Counted from the first letter of the stretch, positions 47,906 to 57,472 are shown. The stretch is 64,000 nucleotides of DNA from a virus (IMGVR_UViG_3300030620_000004:22187-86186), one strand, 5' to 3'. Notes: generated by a model from the sequence alone, not told the origin. Numbers and translations: made by a program.

Positions 47906-50900
47906 TCAGTCCAGCTCCAGAACGATCGCGCGAATCACGAGGTCCTCGGCTACGTTGTCCGAGGGGTCATCGGGGTCTCGAATCAGTTCGATCTGAGCAA
48001 TCGAGTCCGCCACCAAACTGAGCGTGCTCAAGGGCACCCGGAACCGCGTCTTGAGCCAGTTCTCGTTTGCCACCGCGGCCGTCACATCAAAGGCCCCCTC
48101 TCCAACGTCGATCGCTGCCGTCCACGCCGTCATCGTCACCGCCGAGTTGTGGATCATGTAGCGGCTGTAGACAGCGAGCTGGAACCCGGTGCCCGTCGTG
48201 CCGCTTTCGCGACGGTACCAAATCTCGAAGGTAAGCTGAGTGCAGCCGACAGGGATGTCGAAGTTCAGCCCCACGCCTTCGTCGCCACCCGCTCCGCCGT
48301 CGAAACGGGCTACGGTCAGCACGTTGTTGTTCGTGTCCGCACCGAGTTCTGCCGCACTGTTGAGCGCCCAGTCTCCGCCCGCCACGTTGTTGAAGTGCTC
48401 GGCAAAGAACATGAAGCGGTATGTCTTGCGCGTGCGCAAGGTTCCGCCAACCGCTCCCGAGACCAAGCCGACCTCCTCATCGAACGACGCCCGAGTGATG
48501 TCGTCGAACTCCACGATGTTCGTCGCGAGCGCTCCCGCGGGAAACGCGAAGTTCGGCGCGGCCGCACCCTGGAATCGCACGTTGCGCAAGCGCACGAGGA
48601 CTCCGTCAATCGTCAGAGTGCCCGAGGTCACGTCGATAGCGCCGCTCAACAGGTCGATGCTGTTCACGTCCCACGCGCCGTTTTGCATGAGCACAGCATC
48701 GACACCCGTGATCACGCCAGCACCCGCACCCGAAGCGCCGCCAGTGAACGAGCGCAGCACCGACTTGTGCAAGTGCACGGTCAACGTCCCCGTGCTCGTC
48801 TGTGTTCTCGCCACTACGGCCAGGTCGCTGTCGTACGCTGCGATCGTGGCGGCCCCCGCGCTGCCAGCCACGGTGATCGTGCCAGTGACGTCAACGCCAC
48901 GGAAGATCAATGCGCCTTGTCCGTCGGGCGACGTCACCGTGGTGGTGAGCGTCGCCGATGTCGAGATCACGGCCTCGGGGAAAGCTGTGTCCTGCGGGTA
49001 ACCCAGAGCCGCTATCTCGTCCGGCAAGAGCGATGCGTAGGTGACCTTGCGCCCCGCGGGCCACGCCCCCGTGAACGTGTAGGTGAACCCGGGCATCAAG
49101 TAGACCACCCAGGAAGTCCCCACCGCAGCCGCGGCAATCGCCGTGTGTGCCTGAGTGATGCTTGCGAAGGGAGCTGCAATGCTGCCGTTCTGGTTCAGCG
49201 TCGGCACCGCGGTGTTCGGGTCCACCCACAGGAACCGCGACAATGGCGGAACGAGTGAGCTCGTTGCGTCAATGACGATATCGACCTCATCGCCCCCGCC
49301 ATCGTCCACGACCGTCAACGCAATTCCGGTGCCTTCAATCAAATTGATCTGGGGGCGAGTCCCGACGACTGCTCCGGAGTTTTTGCGGACTCGAACCTTT
49401 TGCGCCTCCAGCAGCACCCCCGACAAGCTGACCACGTTGATTACATCCGGTCCTCCAAATTGATGCCGACCGGCATGCGCGCTCACGTCAACACTATCGA
49501 CCGTGTTCACGTTCAGGATGTCATTGCCCCCCATGTCGAGGTCGCCCGTCATCGCGCGCACACCTGAAAGCGGTAGCAAGTTCGTCCCGCGCACGTCGAC
49601 GTTCAAGCCGTCAACCGCCACGATCACATCGTCTTCACCGACGAACGTTCGAAGATTGTGATCGTTTCCCGAGAGGCTTTGGAATACGCCGGCGCCACCG
49701 CCTACGTTGACCAGATTCACCGCTCCAACGCCCGCGACCTGCACGAACGCGAGCGGGTCTGTGTCGATGATGTCCGCTGGCTGGTCCGTCGTGCAGAGCC
49801 AGCCCGTGTCGGCATACGCGGTGCCCTGCTCCACGAAGGTGAACGCGCCGGCCGCGCCGTCCCCCGCAGCGAAGTCTGTGGGCCGCGTCCACGCCCCAGC
49901 ATGCGCGACCCAGATCCCGTTTTCAATCGGGCTCGTCTGCCCGTTGAGCAAAACTCGCATGCCATCCGTGTTGACCGCGAACCCATCGAGCGTCTGGGCG
50001 AGCCCGCTCAACGTGACGTTGCCTGCCCCAGCCGCACCGAAAGCGCGAACACTCTCCTTGGCGTCGATTGCGATGCTCACCACGACGGGCTTGTACGTAC
50101 CGTCGTCGAACAGCGCGTTCGTGCCCGGGCCGAGCGCCGTGAGCGGGACGTCGTTGAAAACAGTTGTGTCGAGCGGCACGTCGTGGCGCACCGCAACCTT
50201 GACAGTCGTGCCGTCGTTGAGCAGCGACTCGAGCATGCTGTGCGCAGGCGGGAACCGCTTCGCACTTGCCAGAAAGACCGGAGCCGCTCCCGTGTACAGT
50301 GCACCCACGACCGCCTGCGTCCACGCAAAGTCCCCGTCCATGTAGAGGTCGAACTGATTCGTGATGCTGCCGACGTCAACAAAGAGGTCGGTGCCGAGCA
50401 CCGTGCGCTCGCCCAAAAACCGAAACTCGACTTCGTTCGTCGAGCCCGAAATCTCGAACGAACCCGCGTCCGGAAACTGACAGTCCTCGAACCGATGTCG
50501 AGCCCCGGTCTCCGCGGACACCTCGAGCACCGGCGCCTGCCCAATCGTCGTCACCCGACCAATGACGTTGCGGAAGCCGGAGTGTTCGTAGGTCGTGTTC
50601 GTCGCATTGTTGTCGAGTAGGAAGAGCGCCAGCGTGTCGTTCTGATCGTTGCGACGAAACTCGAGCGTCGCATCCCCAATGCCTTCGATGTACCAGGGGT
50701 TGCGAATCTGGGTGAGGCTGTCGGTGAACGTGACGATGCGCCGGAAGTTCGTGTTGACGATGGCGATGCGCCCGTCGAGATTCAGAATCCCTCCCGCTGC
50801 GACGCTATACGGGTTCGGGTCTTGGTCGTCCTGACTGAGATAGATTACCCCGTACCCGTCGACCGCTAGCAGCGCGGTCACGCATGCTTGCAGCGTCGAC

Positions 50901-51478
50901 TTGCGAATCGCCGTATCGACAGGAACGTCCGGGTCCCAAACGACTTGATGCAGGTTCGACAGGCTCGGCCCCCCCGATGCGAGCCCTTCGATGGCGAGAA
51001 TGATCTCGCGTTGCTCCTGCCACCAGTTGGCGTAGTTGATCGTCGGGTCGTCGAGCAGCGGCTCGTTCTGGAATGAGACCGCAGCAGCACTCGCTTTCTT
51101 CGCAGGCGTGCTCGCGAGGTTCACCTCGAAGTCGCCCCTCGAGTTCAGCGCGGAGATGAGCAAGCCGCTATTCGGCAGGCGGATGCCGAACGCCTTGATG
51201 TCCTCGGTCTCGTTGGCAGTGTTCTCGGCTTCAATCAGACGAACTGCGTATTCGCCGTAGCGCGACGCGATCGGCGTGAACTCCCAGACCGCCGGCCCGA
51301 CTTGGCTGAGCACCGCACCCCCATCGTCCGGCGGCTTCCACCAGAACTCGCACCGGCACGGCTGCCCACTCGCGTTCGTGACGGTGACCTTGGCACCATT
51401 GTCGAGCCCGTCGCTGCGAGCCACCCCCGGAAGCCCCGCAGGGAGGCCGACTTGGTCGAACTGAATGGATGCCGCCAT
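47906..51478 (-). CDS. Large virion fibre/structural protein (1190 aa)
   Basis: Contains the common fibre module KESVR..NVTLSG..QTLDG..RVLLNGQT..ENGIW..WTRPTD..FVEQGT..GWLC, plus beta-helix-like segments. Confidence 0.75.
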   Translation of the reverse strand: MAASIQFDQVGLPAGLPGVARSDGLDNGAKVTVTNASGQPCRCEFWWKPPDDGGAVLSQVGPAVWEFTPIASRYGEYAVRLIEAENTANETEDIKAFGIRLPNSGLLISALNSRGDFEVNLASTPAKKASAAAVSFQNEPLLDDPTINYANWWQEQREIILAIEGLASGGPSLSNLHQVVWDPDVPVDTAIRKSTLQACVTALLAVDGYGVIYLSQDDQDPNPYSVAAGGILNLDGRIAIVNTNFRRIVTFTDSLTQIRNPWYIEGIGDATLEFRRNDQNDTLALFLLDNNATNTTYEHSGFRNVIGRVTTIGQAPVLEVSAETGARHRFEDCQFPDAGSFEISGSTNEVEFRFLGERTVLGTDLFVDVGSITNQFDLYMDGDFAWTQAVVGALYTGAAPVFLASAKRFPPAHSMLESLLNDGTTVKVAVRHDVPLDTTVFNDVPLTALGPGTNALFDDGTYKPVVVSIAIDAKESVRAFGAAGAGNVTLSGLAQTLDGFAVNTDGMRVLLNGQTSPIENGIWVAHAGAWTRPTDFAAGDGAAGAFTFVEQGTAYADTGWLCTTDQPADIIDTDPLAFVQVAGVGAVNLVNVGGGAGVFQSLSGNDHNLRTFVGEDDVIVAVDGLNVDVRGTNLLPLSGVRAMTGDLDMGGNDILNVNTVDSVDVSAHAGRHQFGGPDVINVVSLSGVLLEAQKVRVRKNSGAVVGTRPQINLIEGTGIALTVVDDGGGDEVDIVIDATSSLVPPLSRFLWVDPNTAVPTLNQNGSIAAPFASITQAHTAIAAAAVGTSWVVYLMPGFTYTFTGAWPAGRKVTYASLLPDEIAALGYPQDTAFPEAVISTSATLTTTVTSPDGQGALIFRGVDVTGTITVAGSAGAATIAAYDSDLAVVARTQTSTGTLTVHLHKSVLRSFTGGASGAGAGVITGVDAVLMQNGAWDVNSIDLLSGAIDVTSGTLTIDGVLVRLRNVRFQGAAAPNFAFPAGALATNIVEFDDITRASFDEEVGLVSGAVGGTLRTRKTYRFMFFAEHFNNVAGGDWALNSAAELGADTNNNVLTVARFDGGAGGDEGVGLNFDIPVGCTQLTFEIWYRRESGTTGTGFQLAVYSRYMIHNSAVTMTAWTAAIDVGEGAFDVTAAVANENWLKTRFRVPLSTLSLVADSIAQIELIRDPDDPSDNVAEDLVIRAIVLELD

Positions 51479-51517
51479 GGCTGACAGCGTACACCGCCGT
51501 CAGTCACGATTCCAGAT

Positions 51518-52135
51518 TCACGTCGAACCGCGACCTCGACGACTCGCACTGCCACCCGATGACACGAGACTGCTCTGCCGTCGCTTGCGTGTCGGTTCGA
51601 ACCCACTTGATGGTTCATCAGGCGGCGCGTCCCCTGCAACCACGGGCTCGGGCTCCACATGGAATCCCGGGATTCCATGTTCATCAGGCGGTGTCGCCGC
51701 GTCGGGTGGCGGCGGCTCCGTGTCTTCGACCTCCTCCACGTCGGGCACGGCGGGCTGGGCCTTCGAGCTCGACACCTCGACCGATCGCCCTGGCGAATCA
51801 CCAAGCATCTTGACCTCGCCCAAGCTCGGCCAGCTGCCCGTGAAGCGATACGCTCGGTCGTCGATGTACACCATCGCTTTTGGTTTCAGCGAGATGAGCA
51901 CCTTATCCGCGCGCGACTCCTCGAGCCCGTGCGCCTTGAGGTACCAGCGAATCAGGTCAACCGCAGCAGGCGTCGTCGCGCGCGTAGTGTGAATCGCTAC
52001 TCGATACCCCGCATCCTGCACGCTGCGAATGAAGTCGAGCGCCCCCTCGACAGGTGGGTCAGGCAGGCGGTTCTCGATGTACCCGCTCTTGTAGCTGTTG
52101 ACGACACCATCGAAGTCCAACGCGATCGTGCTCAT
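51518..52135 (-). CDS. HAD-superfamily phosphatase with a low-complexity tail
   Basis: IALDFDGV (motif I), HTTR (II), KPKAMVYIDDRA (III/IV). Confidence 0.85.
   Translation of the reverse strand: MSTIALDFDGVVNSYKSGYIENRLPDPPVEGALDFIRSVQDAGYRVAIHTTRATTPAAVDLIRWYLKAHGLEESRADKVLISLKPKAMVYIDDRAYRFTGSWPSLGEVKMLGDSPGRSVEVSSSKAQPAVPDVEEVEDTEPPPPDAATPPDEHGIPGFHVEPEPVVAGDAPPDEPSSGFEPTRKRRQSSLVSSGGSASRRGRGST
51659..51678. repeat. Dispersed palindrome copy 7 (intragenic)
   Basis: ATGGAATCCCGGGATTCCAT, read as HGIPGFH. Confidence 0.95.
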
Positions 52136-52306
52136 TCTGGTTCCCTTCGAAAAGGCCGGGCAGGGTGGAAAGACGAACAACTAGGAGTGAGCAAACCACG
52201 CGGGAACATCCACCCTGCCCTGGCTGCAACACAGACCTGGCAGGAATGCCCCCAACTAAAGGGGCCTTGGCGCTAGCCTACACCCCGAGCGCTTGGAGTG
52301 CCAGCC

Positions 52307-52666
52307 TTAACCCGGCGTTGACGACGTCGAGCGATTGCAGCCTCTGCTCGACGCGCATGGCGGTTCTGACCCGTGTTCTTCCGCAGCCAACGCGGATACA
52401 GCAAGCACGGGGTTTCGAAGTACGTGGGTCTCGGGCAAGTCGGAATGATCTAGAGCGGCTTGCATGCGCAGCCGCTCTTCAGCAGCACGCAACTGCCCTT
52501 CATGCACGAGCTCGCGTTCGAGTTTCTCAGCCGAGCGCTTGAGCGCACGCAGCCGACTTTCGGCGAGCTGCTGGAAGTACCAAGCCTCGATTGGTGCGAT
52601 GCCTTCCGCACGCAAGGTCGACTCGATGTCCGATACAGTTGGGTTCAGCCGGGCGATCACCGCCAC
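52307..52666 (-). CDS. Hypothetical protein
   Basis: 119-aa helical ORF. Confidence 0.5.
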   Translation of the reverse strand: MAVIARLNPTVSDIESTLRAEGIAPIEAWYFQQLAESRLRALKRSAEKLERELVHEGQLRAAEERLRMQAALDHSDLPETHVLRNPVLAVSALAAEEHGSEPPCASSRGCNRSTSSTPG

Positions 52667-52796
52667 CCAAGGGCCAAAGGGGCGGGGTCCCGATTCCCGG
52701 GTCCTAGGTGGCTACCCCAGCGACTTTCGGCCTTCCCCCCTATCCCAGGGGGTCCCCTTGGGGAAAGTCTCCCTAGCGAGCGCCCAGAGAGGCCAA

Positions 52797-52900
52797 AAGG
52801 CCCCCCAAGGCCCCCCAACTGGGGGGCCTTGGGGGGCCTTGGGGGGCCTTGGGGGGCCTTGGGGGGCCTTGGGGGGCCTTGGGGGGCCTTGGGGGGCCTT
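52797..52900. repeat. Intergenic (GGGGGGCCTT)x8 array preceded by two inverted copies
   Basis: Direct copies at 52821-52900; AAGGCCCCCC x2 at 52797-52816. Confidence 0.95.
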
Positions 52901-52967
52901 GGCCCCTAAAGGGCGAGCCCGATGGCAAAGCACGCCAGGATGGCGCCCAGGCAAGAGCAAGTCGAGG

Positions 52968-53294
52968 TCAGTGAGCTCTCGCACGACGTCCCCCTTTCCG
53001 CGCCTTGGCTTGGACCCGGTCGGCCATCTCGTCGAGCGCGCAAGGCCCGTAGTATTCAACGATCTTCGCCCAGCACGCGAGCCAGCCATCGCCTTCGAAC
53101 CGCATCTCCTCGCGAGTGTTCACCAGGGCGTGGCCGTGCTTGTTCTCTAGGGCTTTCCACTCGGGACCGAGCAAGGCGCGGAACAGTTTCCCTGCTTGCT
53201 GCACACTTGCGATCTCAAGCGCCCGCTCGAGCGCCGCCTTGGCAATTGCGGTCTGCTCGGGTGTCGAGGGCACAGGGTATCTCGGCAGTCTCAT
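52968..53294 (-). CDS. Hypothetical protein
   Basis: ATGA-coupled. Confidence 0.55.
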   Translation of the reverse strand: MRLPRYPVPSTPEQTAIAKAALERALEIASVQQAGKLFRALLGPEWKALENKHGHALVNTREEMRFEGDGWLACWAKIVEYYGPCALDEMADRVQAKARKGGRRARAH

Positions 53295-53788
53295 GCGACG
53301 CCCTTTCGAATCGAGGGTAAGCGACGACCGAGCTCGTCGCGGAGTTCCTGGCTCGCGCCTTCCCAGGGTTCACGAAACTCGTAGTCAGGTGCGAGGTACT
53401 TGCTCATCAGACCGCGCTTGAAGACGAGCTCGAACATCAATGCCGCTGGCTGCGACCCGAACGGCGCTTTCAGCGAGAGCTCCGACAGGAACCCCAGCAC
53501 TTCGGCGTCCGTTGGGGGAACCACGTCCTGCCCAGCAAGTGCGCGCTCGACGAGCTCCTGCACGTGCGCCCGGTACAGCTCAGTCGACTTGCCGCGCAAA
53601 AGGCCGTCCGGAACTAGGTACTTGAAGAGCGCACTAACGGCGGCCCGCTTGAGAGGGTGTCGGCGCGTGGCTTGTTCGAGCTCGGCTTCTGCGACAGCCA
53701 TGAACGCGAACGTCTGCGAGACCACGCTGCCCGGCGCACTCCACAGCGGCTCGAAGGCAGCGACCCAAGGCAGAGCCTGCGGCTTCAC
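53291..53788 (-). CDS. Hypothetical protein
   Basis: GTG start coupled to the upstream stop. Confidence 0.55.
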   Translation of the reverse strand: MKPQALPWVAAFEPLWSAPGSVVSQTFAFMAVAEAELEQATRRHPLKRAAVSALFKYLVPDGLLRGKSTELYRAHVQELVERALAGQDVVPPTDAEVLGFLSELSLKAPFGSQPAALMFELVFKRGLMSKYLAPDYEFREPWEGASQELRDELGRRLPSIRKGVA

Positions 53789-54024
53789 AGTAACTCTCCT
53801 GTCATCGCCCGGTAAGCGCGCTGGCGGTCTTCCAGGCACACGTCGCCCGGGATTGCGTTGTTGTAGTACATGCGCCCGCTGCGCTCGAACACCACCTGCA
53901 CCACCACGTCGTCGCGCATGAAGGCCACCACGTAAGCGTTGAAGGCCACTGGCAGCGTGTACACCTGACCACGCTCGATGCTCGACGGAATGGCGTCGCC
54001 CCGAGAAAGGTTCACGATGTTCAT
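53785..54024 (-). CDS. Hypothetical protein
   Basis: ATGA-coupled. Confidence 0.55.
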   Translation of the reverse strand: MNIVNLSRGDAIPSSIERGQVYTLPVAFNAYVVAFMRDDVVVQVVFERSGRMYYNNAIPGDVCLEDRQRAYRAMTGELL

Positions 54025-54308
54025 TGCCGACCTCGCTCGCGATGCGCGTCGGCAAACCGCTGTGACTCGGCAAAGGCTTCGAGCTCGTCGTCACAACCGG
54101 GCAACGCCGTGGCGCTCATGGCGCACTCGCTTGGAACGAACGCAGTTCCGGTTCGGAACTCGGCCACGAGCCGAGTTGTTTGCATGCCTCCCACGGCAAG
54201 CGAACCCAGGCCACCCACGACAGTCATTGGTTCGTCAGCCTTCCACGCGCTCGGGTGCAGATTCAGCTCGGCCTTTTCCCAGAGTACACCGCAGTGCGGT
54301 TCCTGGGC

Positions 54309-54554
54309 TCAGTAGGTGGGGCCGGCGTCGTACTCCGCCACGTCTTCCTCGGTAGCCGCCCTAACGATGCTGTCATATGCGTCCTCGTCCCCCTCGACGT
54401 ACTGCTCAGCCTCGCTGCGCGCGACGACGCATCGGCACGCTCCGTTCGCGGGGTAGCGCCCCCACCAGCTGCCTGTGCGGTGCGACGAACGATTGTGGTC
54501 CGGCATGTACTCCAGCACGACCTGCTCCTCGACCTGCTCGGTTAGGTGTCTCAT
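54309..54554 (-). CDS. Hypothetical protein
   Basis: Start MRHLTEQ after GAAAGGA. Confidence 0.55.
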   Translation of the reverse strand: MRHLTEQVEEQVVLEYMPDHNRSSHRTGSWWGRYPANGACRCVVARSEAEQYVEGDEDAYDSIVRAATEEDVAEYDAGPTY

Positions 54555-54672
54555 TCGATTCCTTTCCGGCCCGCTCACTTCGAGCGGGCTCTTGACTAGG
54601 TATCCCCTAATTCGCCGCATGATGCAAGCAATTGGAGGCTCGAACCCCACGGGTCCCGACCGCCAAGTCCAA

Positions 54673-54692
54673 ATGGAAACCCGGGTTTCCAC
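54673..54692. repeat. Dispersed palindrome copy 8 (one terminal mismatch)
   Basis: ATGGAAACCCGGGTTTCCAC. Confidence 0.9.
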
Positions 54693-54832
54693 GGGGCGCC
54701 CCTAAACCCCCTGCCCTGGCCCCCCAATGGGCGAACCAAAAGGCCCCCCAAGCGCCTTTCCCCAGGGGGCCTACCCTGGCCCCCCGACCCCTGCCCGGTC
54801 TCCCCTAGAGGCCCCTGGCCCGAACCCCAGAG

Positions 54833-55405
54833 TCAGGCCCCTACAGCCAATTCCACCTTGCGTGGACGGCCCCACCGCTCCCACCCTGGCCGGGCTGGCA
54901 AGGCCGGGTCCCCAAAGAGCTCCAAGTAGGGACCCTTGCTCCGCCGTTCGACGAGCTCGAACGCCTGCTCAGGCTTGCGGCTGTGAACCCGCACATGCTC
55001 CCCTTCGAGCACCGTCGTGAGCGACCGCGTGTCTTGGTACACGCTCGGGTCCTTCCCCTTCCCACGCACACCAAACAGCATGAGCTCGTGCTTGCCACGG
55101 AAGTATTGGCCGAGCCCCGCGCGCTGCTTCGGCCAGACCACATTCGTCACGTAGCGAAAGCCGAGCTGCTCAAGCAGCACCAAGCCTTGCCTCAAGTAGT
55201 TGTTCGTCACCCAGAGGTAACAATGGGCATGAACCTCGAAGTGAAAGACACCAGAAGCGAGTACCGTTTGCGGCATCTGCGACGGGTTGAGCAACTCGTA
55301 ATGGCGGTCCGCGCCTCGCTTGATCTTGCCGCCCCCCCGCTCAGGCCAAGGCGGGTCGAGCAAGGCGGTCCGGTACAGCTTAACCTTCTTCTCGCTTCTC
55401 TTCAT
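54833..55405 (-). CDS. MT-A70 family (N6-adenine) methyltransferase
   Basis: LDPPW; HCYLWVTN; GFRYVTNVVWPK; GLGQYFRGKHELMLFG; HSRKP. Confidence 0.9.
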   Translation of the reverse strand: MKRSEKKVKLYRTALLDPPWPERGGGKIKRGADRHYELLNPSQMPQTVLASGVFHFEVHAHCYLWVTNNYLRQGLVLLEQLGFRYVTNVVWPKQRAGLGQYFRGKHELMLFGVRGKGKDPSVYQDTRSLTTVLEGEHVRVHSRKPEQAFELVERRSKGPYLELFGDPALPARPGWERWGRPRKVELAVGA

Positions 55406-55664
55406 CGGATGCAATCCTCCGTGCGAAGACTTCGTCGGCTTCGCGCACCGCCAGCTCGTGGTTGCGATGCTCGTTCACTCGACGCTCATAAATGCCGGTC
55501 CACTCGCCCACCATGTCAACCCCCGCCGCCTGCTCGAACACACTTGCAATGAGCTCTGCCCGCTGCTGCCCCTTCACCACCGCGATGAGCTCCCCTTCGA
55601 TGTAGAGACCCCACCCGTCTGCCCCAAAGAGCAAGTACACACGCCGGGTCGAGTACTGCTTCAT
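55380..55664 (-). CDS. Hypothetical protein
   Basis: Start MKQYSTR. Confidence 0.5.
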   Translation of the reverse strand: MKQYSTRRVYLLFGADGWGLYIEGELIAVVKGQQRAELIASVFEQAAGVDMVGEWTGIYERRVNEHRNHELAVREADEVFARRIASDEEKREEG

Positions 55665-55677
55665 AGCTGCTGCTCCG

Positions 55678-55914
55678 CTAACCACTGATGCCGCCACCCC
55701 TCGCCGAGTCCAGCACGATCGTGATGCGAACGTCCTCGAATTCCCCGAGCGCAACGATGCCGAGCGTCATCCCGTGCTCGCGCACCAGCCGCCAATGCTC
55801 AATCTTGGCTTGCGAGTAGTTCTCGGCTTCGAGCGCCTCGTCGAGGTCACTTAAGATCGACGCTTGGTCGAAGAGTCCCTTCGCTCGCAACTCGCGGATG
55901 AGATCACCCAGCAT
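55678..55914 (-). CDS. Hypothetical protein
   Basis: Operon-like packing. Confidence 0.5.
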   Translation of the reverse strand: MLGDLIRELRAKGLFDQASILSDLDEALEAENYSQAKIEHWRLVREHGMTLGIVALGEFEDVRITIVLDSARGGGISG

Positions 55915-56512
55915 CGCGCACCCGTTCGACGAGCTCGGTCTGCTCGGGCGTCGCGTCCCACGACTGCGCGGCGAGCCGGCGCATGTAGCCCGTTCGGCGG
56001 TACGCCCCCGGACTCAGCCAGCAACTGTGCCCGAGATGGTAGCTGGTGAACATCGCTTGCGCCCAGTTGCTCCAGAAGCGCTTGCGCCAGCAGTAGTTCA
56101 GCGACGAGAGCAACGACTGCCCGCCTGCCAGAATGCACCACGTCGTCGCTTGCAGGTCAGTCCCGCCGAGTGCGTCGAACGATGGCGCCCCATGCCGCTG
56201 CCACTGCGGGTTGCTCGGATGAATCTGCATCAAACAGACCTCGCCCGCCAGACCTCGCTTCGAACCGCCATGCACGGCGACATCGAGCCCACTCTCTTCG
56301 ATCACGACTGCCGCAATCGCCGCACTCAACGAGCGCGGCGTCACCGAGCCTTTCTTGTTGTAGCGAGGCCACGTGGGAAGCAAGACGGCTTGCGCCTGCT
56401 CGGAAGCGACGGCCACGACCGCGACCCGCTCGGGATTCTCCGCGTACACCCTCGGGACTTCGTGCGCGTACAGCGCCAGGAAGCCCGCAGCCGCCAGCGC
56501 CACGCCGCTCAA
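55904..56512 (-). CDS. Lytic transglycosylase (SLT/lysozyme-like) with an N-terminal hydrophobic segment
   Basis: AVVIEESG (catalytic E-S) and CLMQI (GLMQ-like); N-terminal GVALAAAGFLALYA. Confidence 0.7.
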   Translation of the reverse strand: MSGVALAAAGFLALYAHEVPRVYAENPERVAVVAVASEQAQAVLLPTWPRYNKKGSVTPRSLSAAIAAVVIEESGLDVAVHGGSKRGLAGEVCLMQIHPSNPQWQRHGAPSFDALGGTDLQATTWCILAGGQSLLSSLNYCWRKRFWSNWAQAMFTSYHLGHSCWLSPGAYRRTGYMRRLAAQSWDATPEQTELVERVRDAG

Positions 56513-57132
56513 GCGTCCTCGCCTTCGACGTCGGTGCTTTGGGCTGGGAGCACGTGCAAGTCGGGGCGCCCAAGCTGGCTCGCCGAATCCAGCACCTTGC
56601 GAGGCCGCGTGATGCCGAGCCCGATGTGTTGCCGGATGCGTTCACTGTCCTCGCGCAAGAGCTGCAAAAGCCCGCCCTGGTTCATCATCTCGACCTTCTG
56701 CTCTTGGTCGGCATTGAACCGCGAGTGCTCGCTACGCAGCGTGGCGTGGAAGTGCTCGAGCCGCTGTTCAGCCGCAGAGCGATGCGCCGAGCACAGCTGC
56801 GGATGGGCCTCCCACTCCTCGACGACCGAGTAGCGCATTGGCATCGCGTACAGCCGATTCAGACCACGAAAGAACGGGAGCTGGTCGAACCACGAGCGGC
56901 CCGTCTTCACCGGGCGCTTCGTTGCCACCTGCCCACATATTCGGCAGAGCGGCTCGCCATACTCGTTGAGCACGCCCTGCTGCACCCCCTTCTGGATCAA
57001 AGCCTTCCGTTCTTCAGCATCGGTCTTCGCTTGCTGCCACGACCTGTATCGAGTGAACGCCATGATGAGCACGACGGCCAACCCGAGCGCTCCAACCGCA
57101 AGCGGCGTCACCCACACCGGCGCGTCGTTCAC
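56509..57132 (-). CDS. Single-TM membrane protein with a CxxC motif
   Basis: LAVGALGLAVVLIMAF; CRICG. Confidence 0.6.
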   Translation of the reverse strand: MNDAPVWVTPLAVGALGLAVVLIMAFTRYRSWQQAKTDAEERKALIQKGVQQGVLNEYGEPLCRICGQVATKRPVKTGRSWFDQLPFFRGLNRLYAMPMRYSVVEEWEAHPQLCSAHRSAAEQRLEHFHATLRSEHSRFNADQEQKVEMMNQGGLLQLLREDSERIRQHIGLGITRPRKVLDSASQLGRPDLHVLPAQSTDVEGEDA

Positions 57133-57196
57133 TTGCGAGCCTCCAATAGGTGCAGCGTCTTCCCGCCGACCTCAGTCTCGCGCTGGGCTTCGTCGA

Positions 57197-57430
57197 TCAT
57201 TGGTCGGACTCTTTCTTCGTCTTGGCCTTCACCTCGGTAATCACGATGGTCAGCCCGACCGACGCCTTGAACGCTGGCACGTACCGCACGATGTTCTCCT
57301 CGAGAAACTTCGCCGGGTCCTCGATGCCGTGTTCACTCAACGTCTTCAAGAGCGCCATCTGTTGCAGCTCCGCAAGCCCGTAGAGGTTCACGATTGGCAA
57401 GTCGACATTGGAGATCGTCATGAGTTTCAC
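57197..57430 (-). CDS. Hypothetical protein
   Basis: RBS present. Confidence 0.55.
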   Translation of the reverse strand: MKLMTISNVDLPIVNLYGLAELQQMALLKTLSEHGIEDPAKFLEENIVRYVPAFKASVGLTIVITEVKAKTKKESDQ

Positions 57431-57472
57431 CTCAGCAAGGGTATCAAGGTCCCACCCATCATGCCGCGCCCG

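Noticed and set aside
54021-54554. In-frame TGA at 54309 joining two ORFs (possible readthrough)
   Set aside because: Same-frame adjacency is a one-in-three chance; TGA is the normal stop elsewhere in the window and no readthrough signal is evident.
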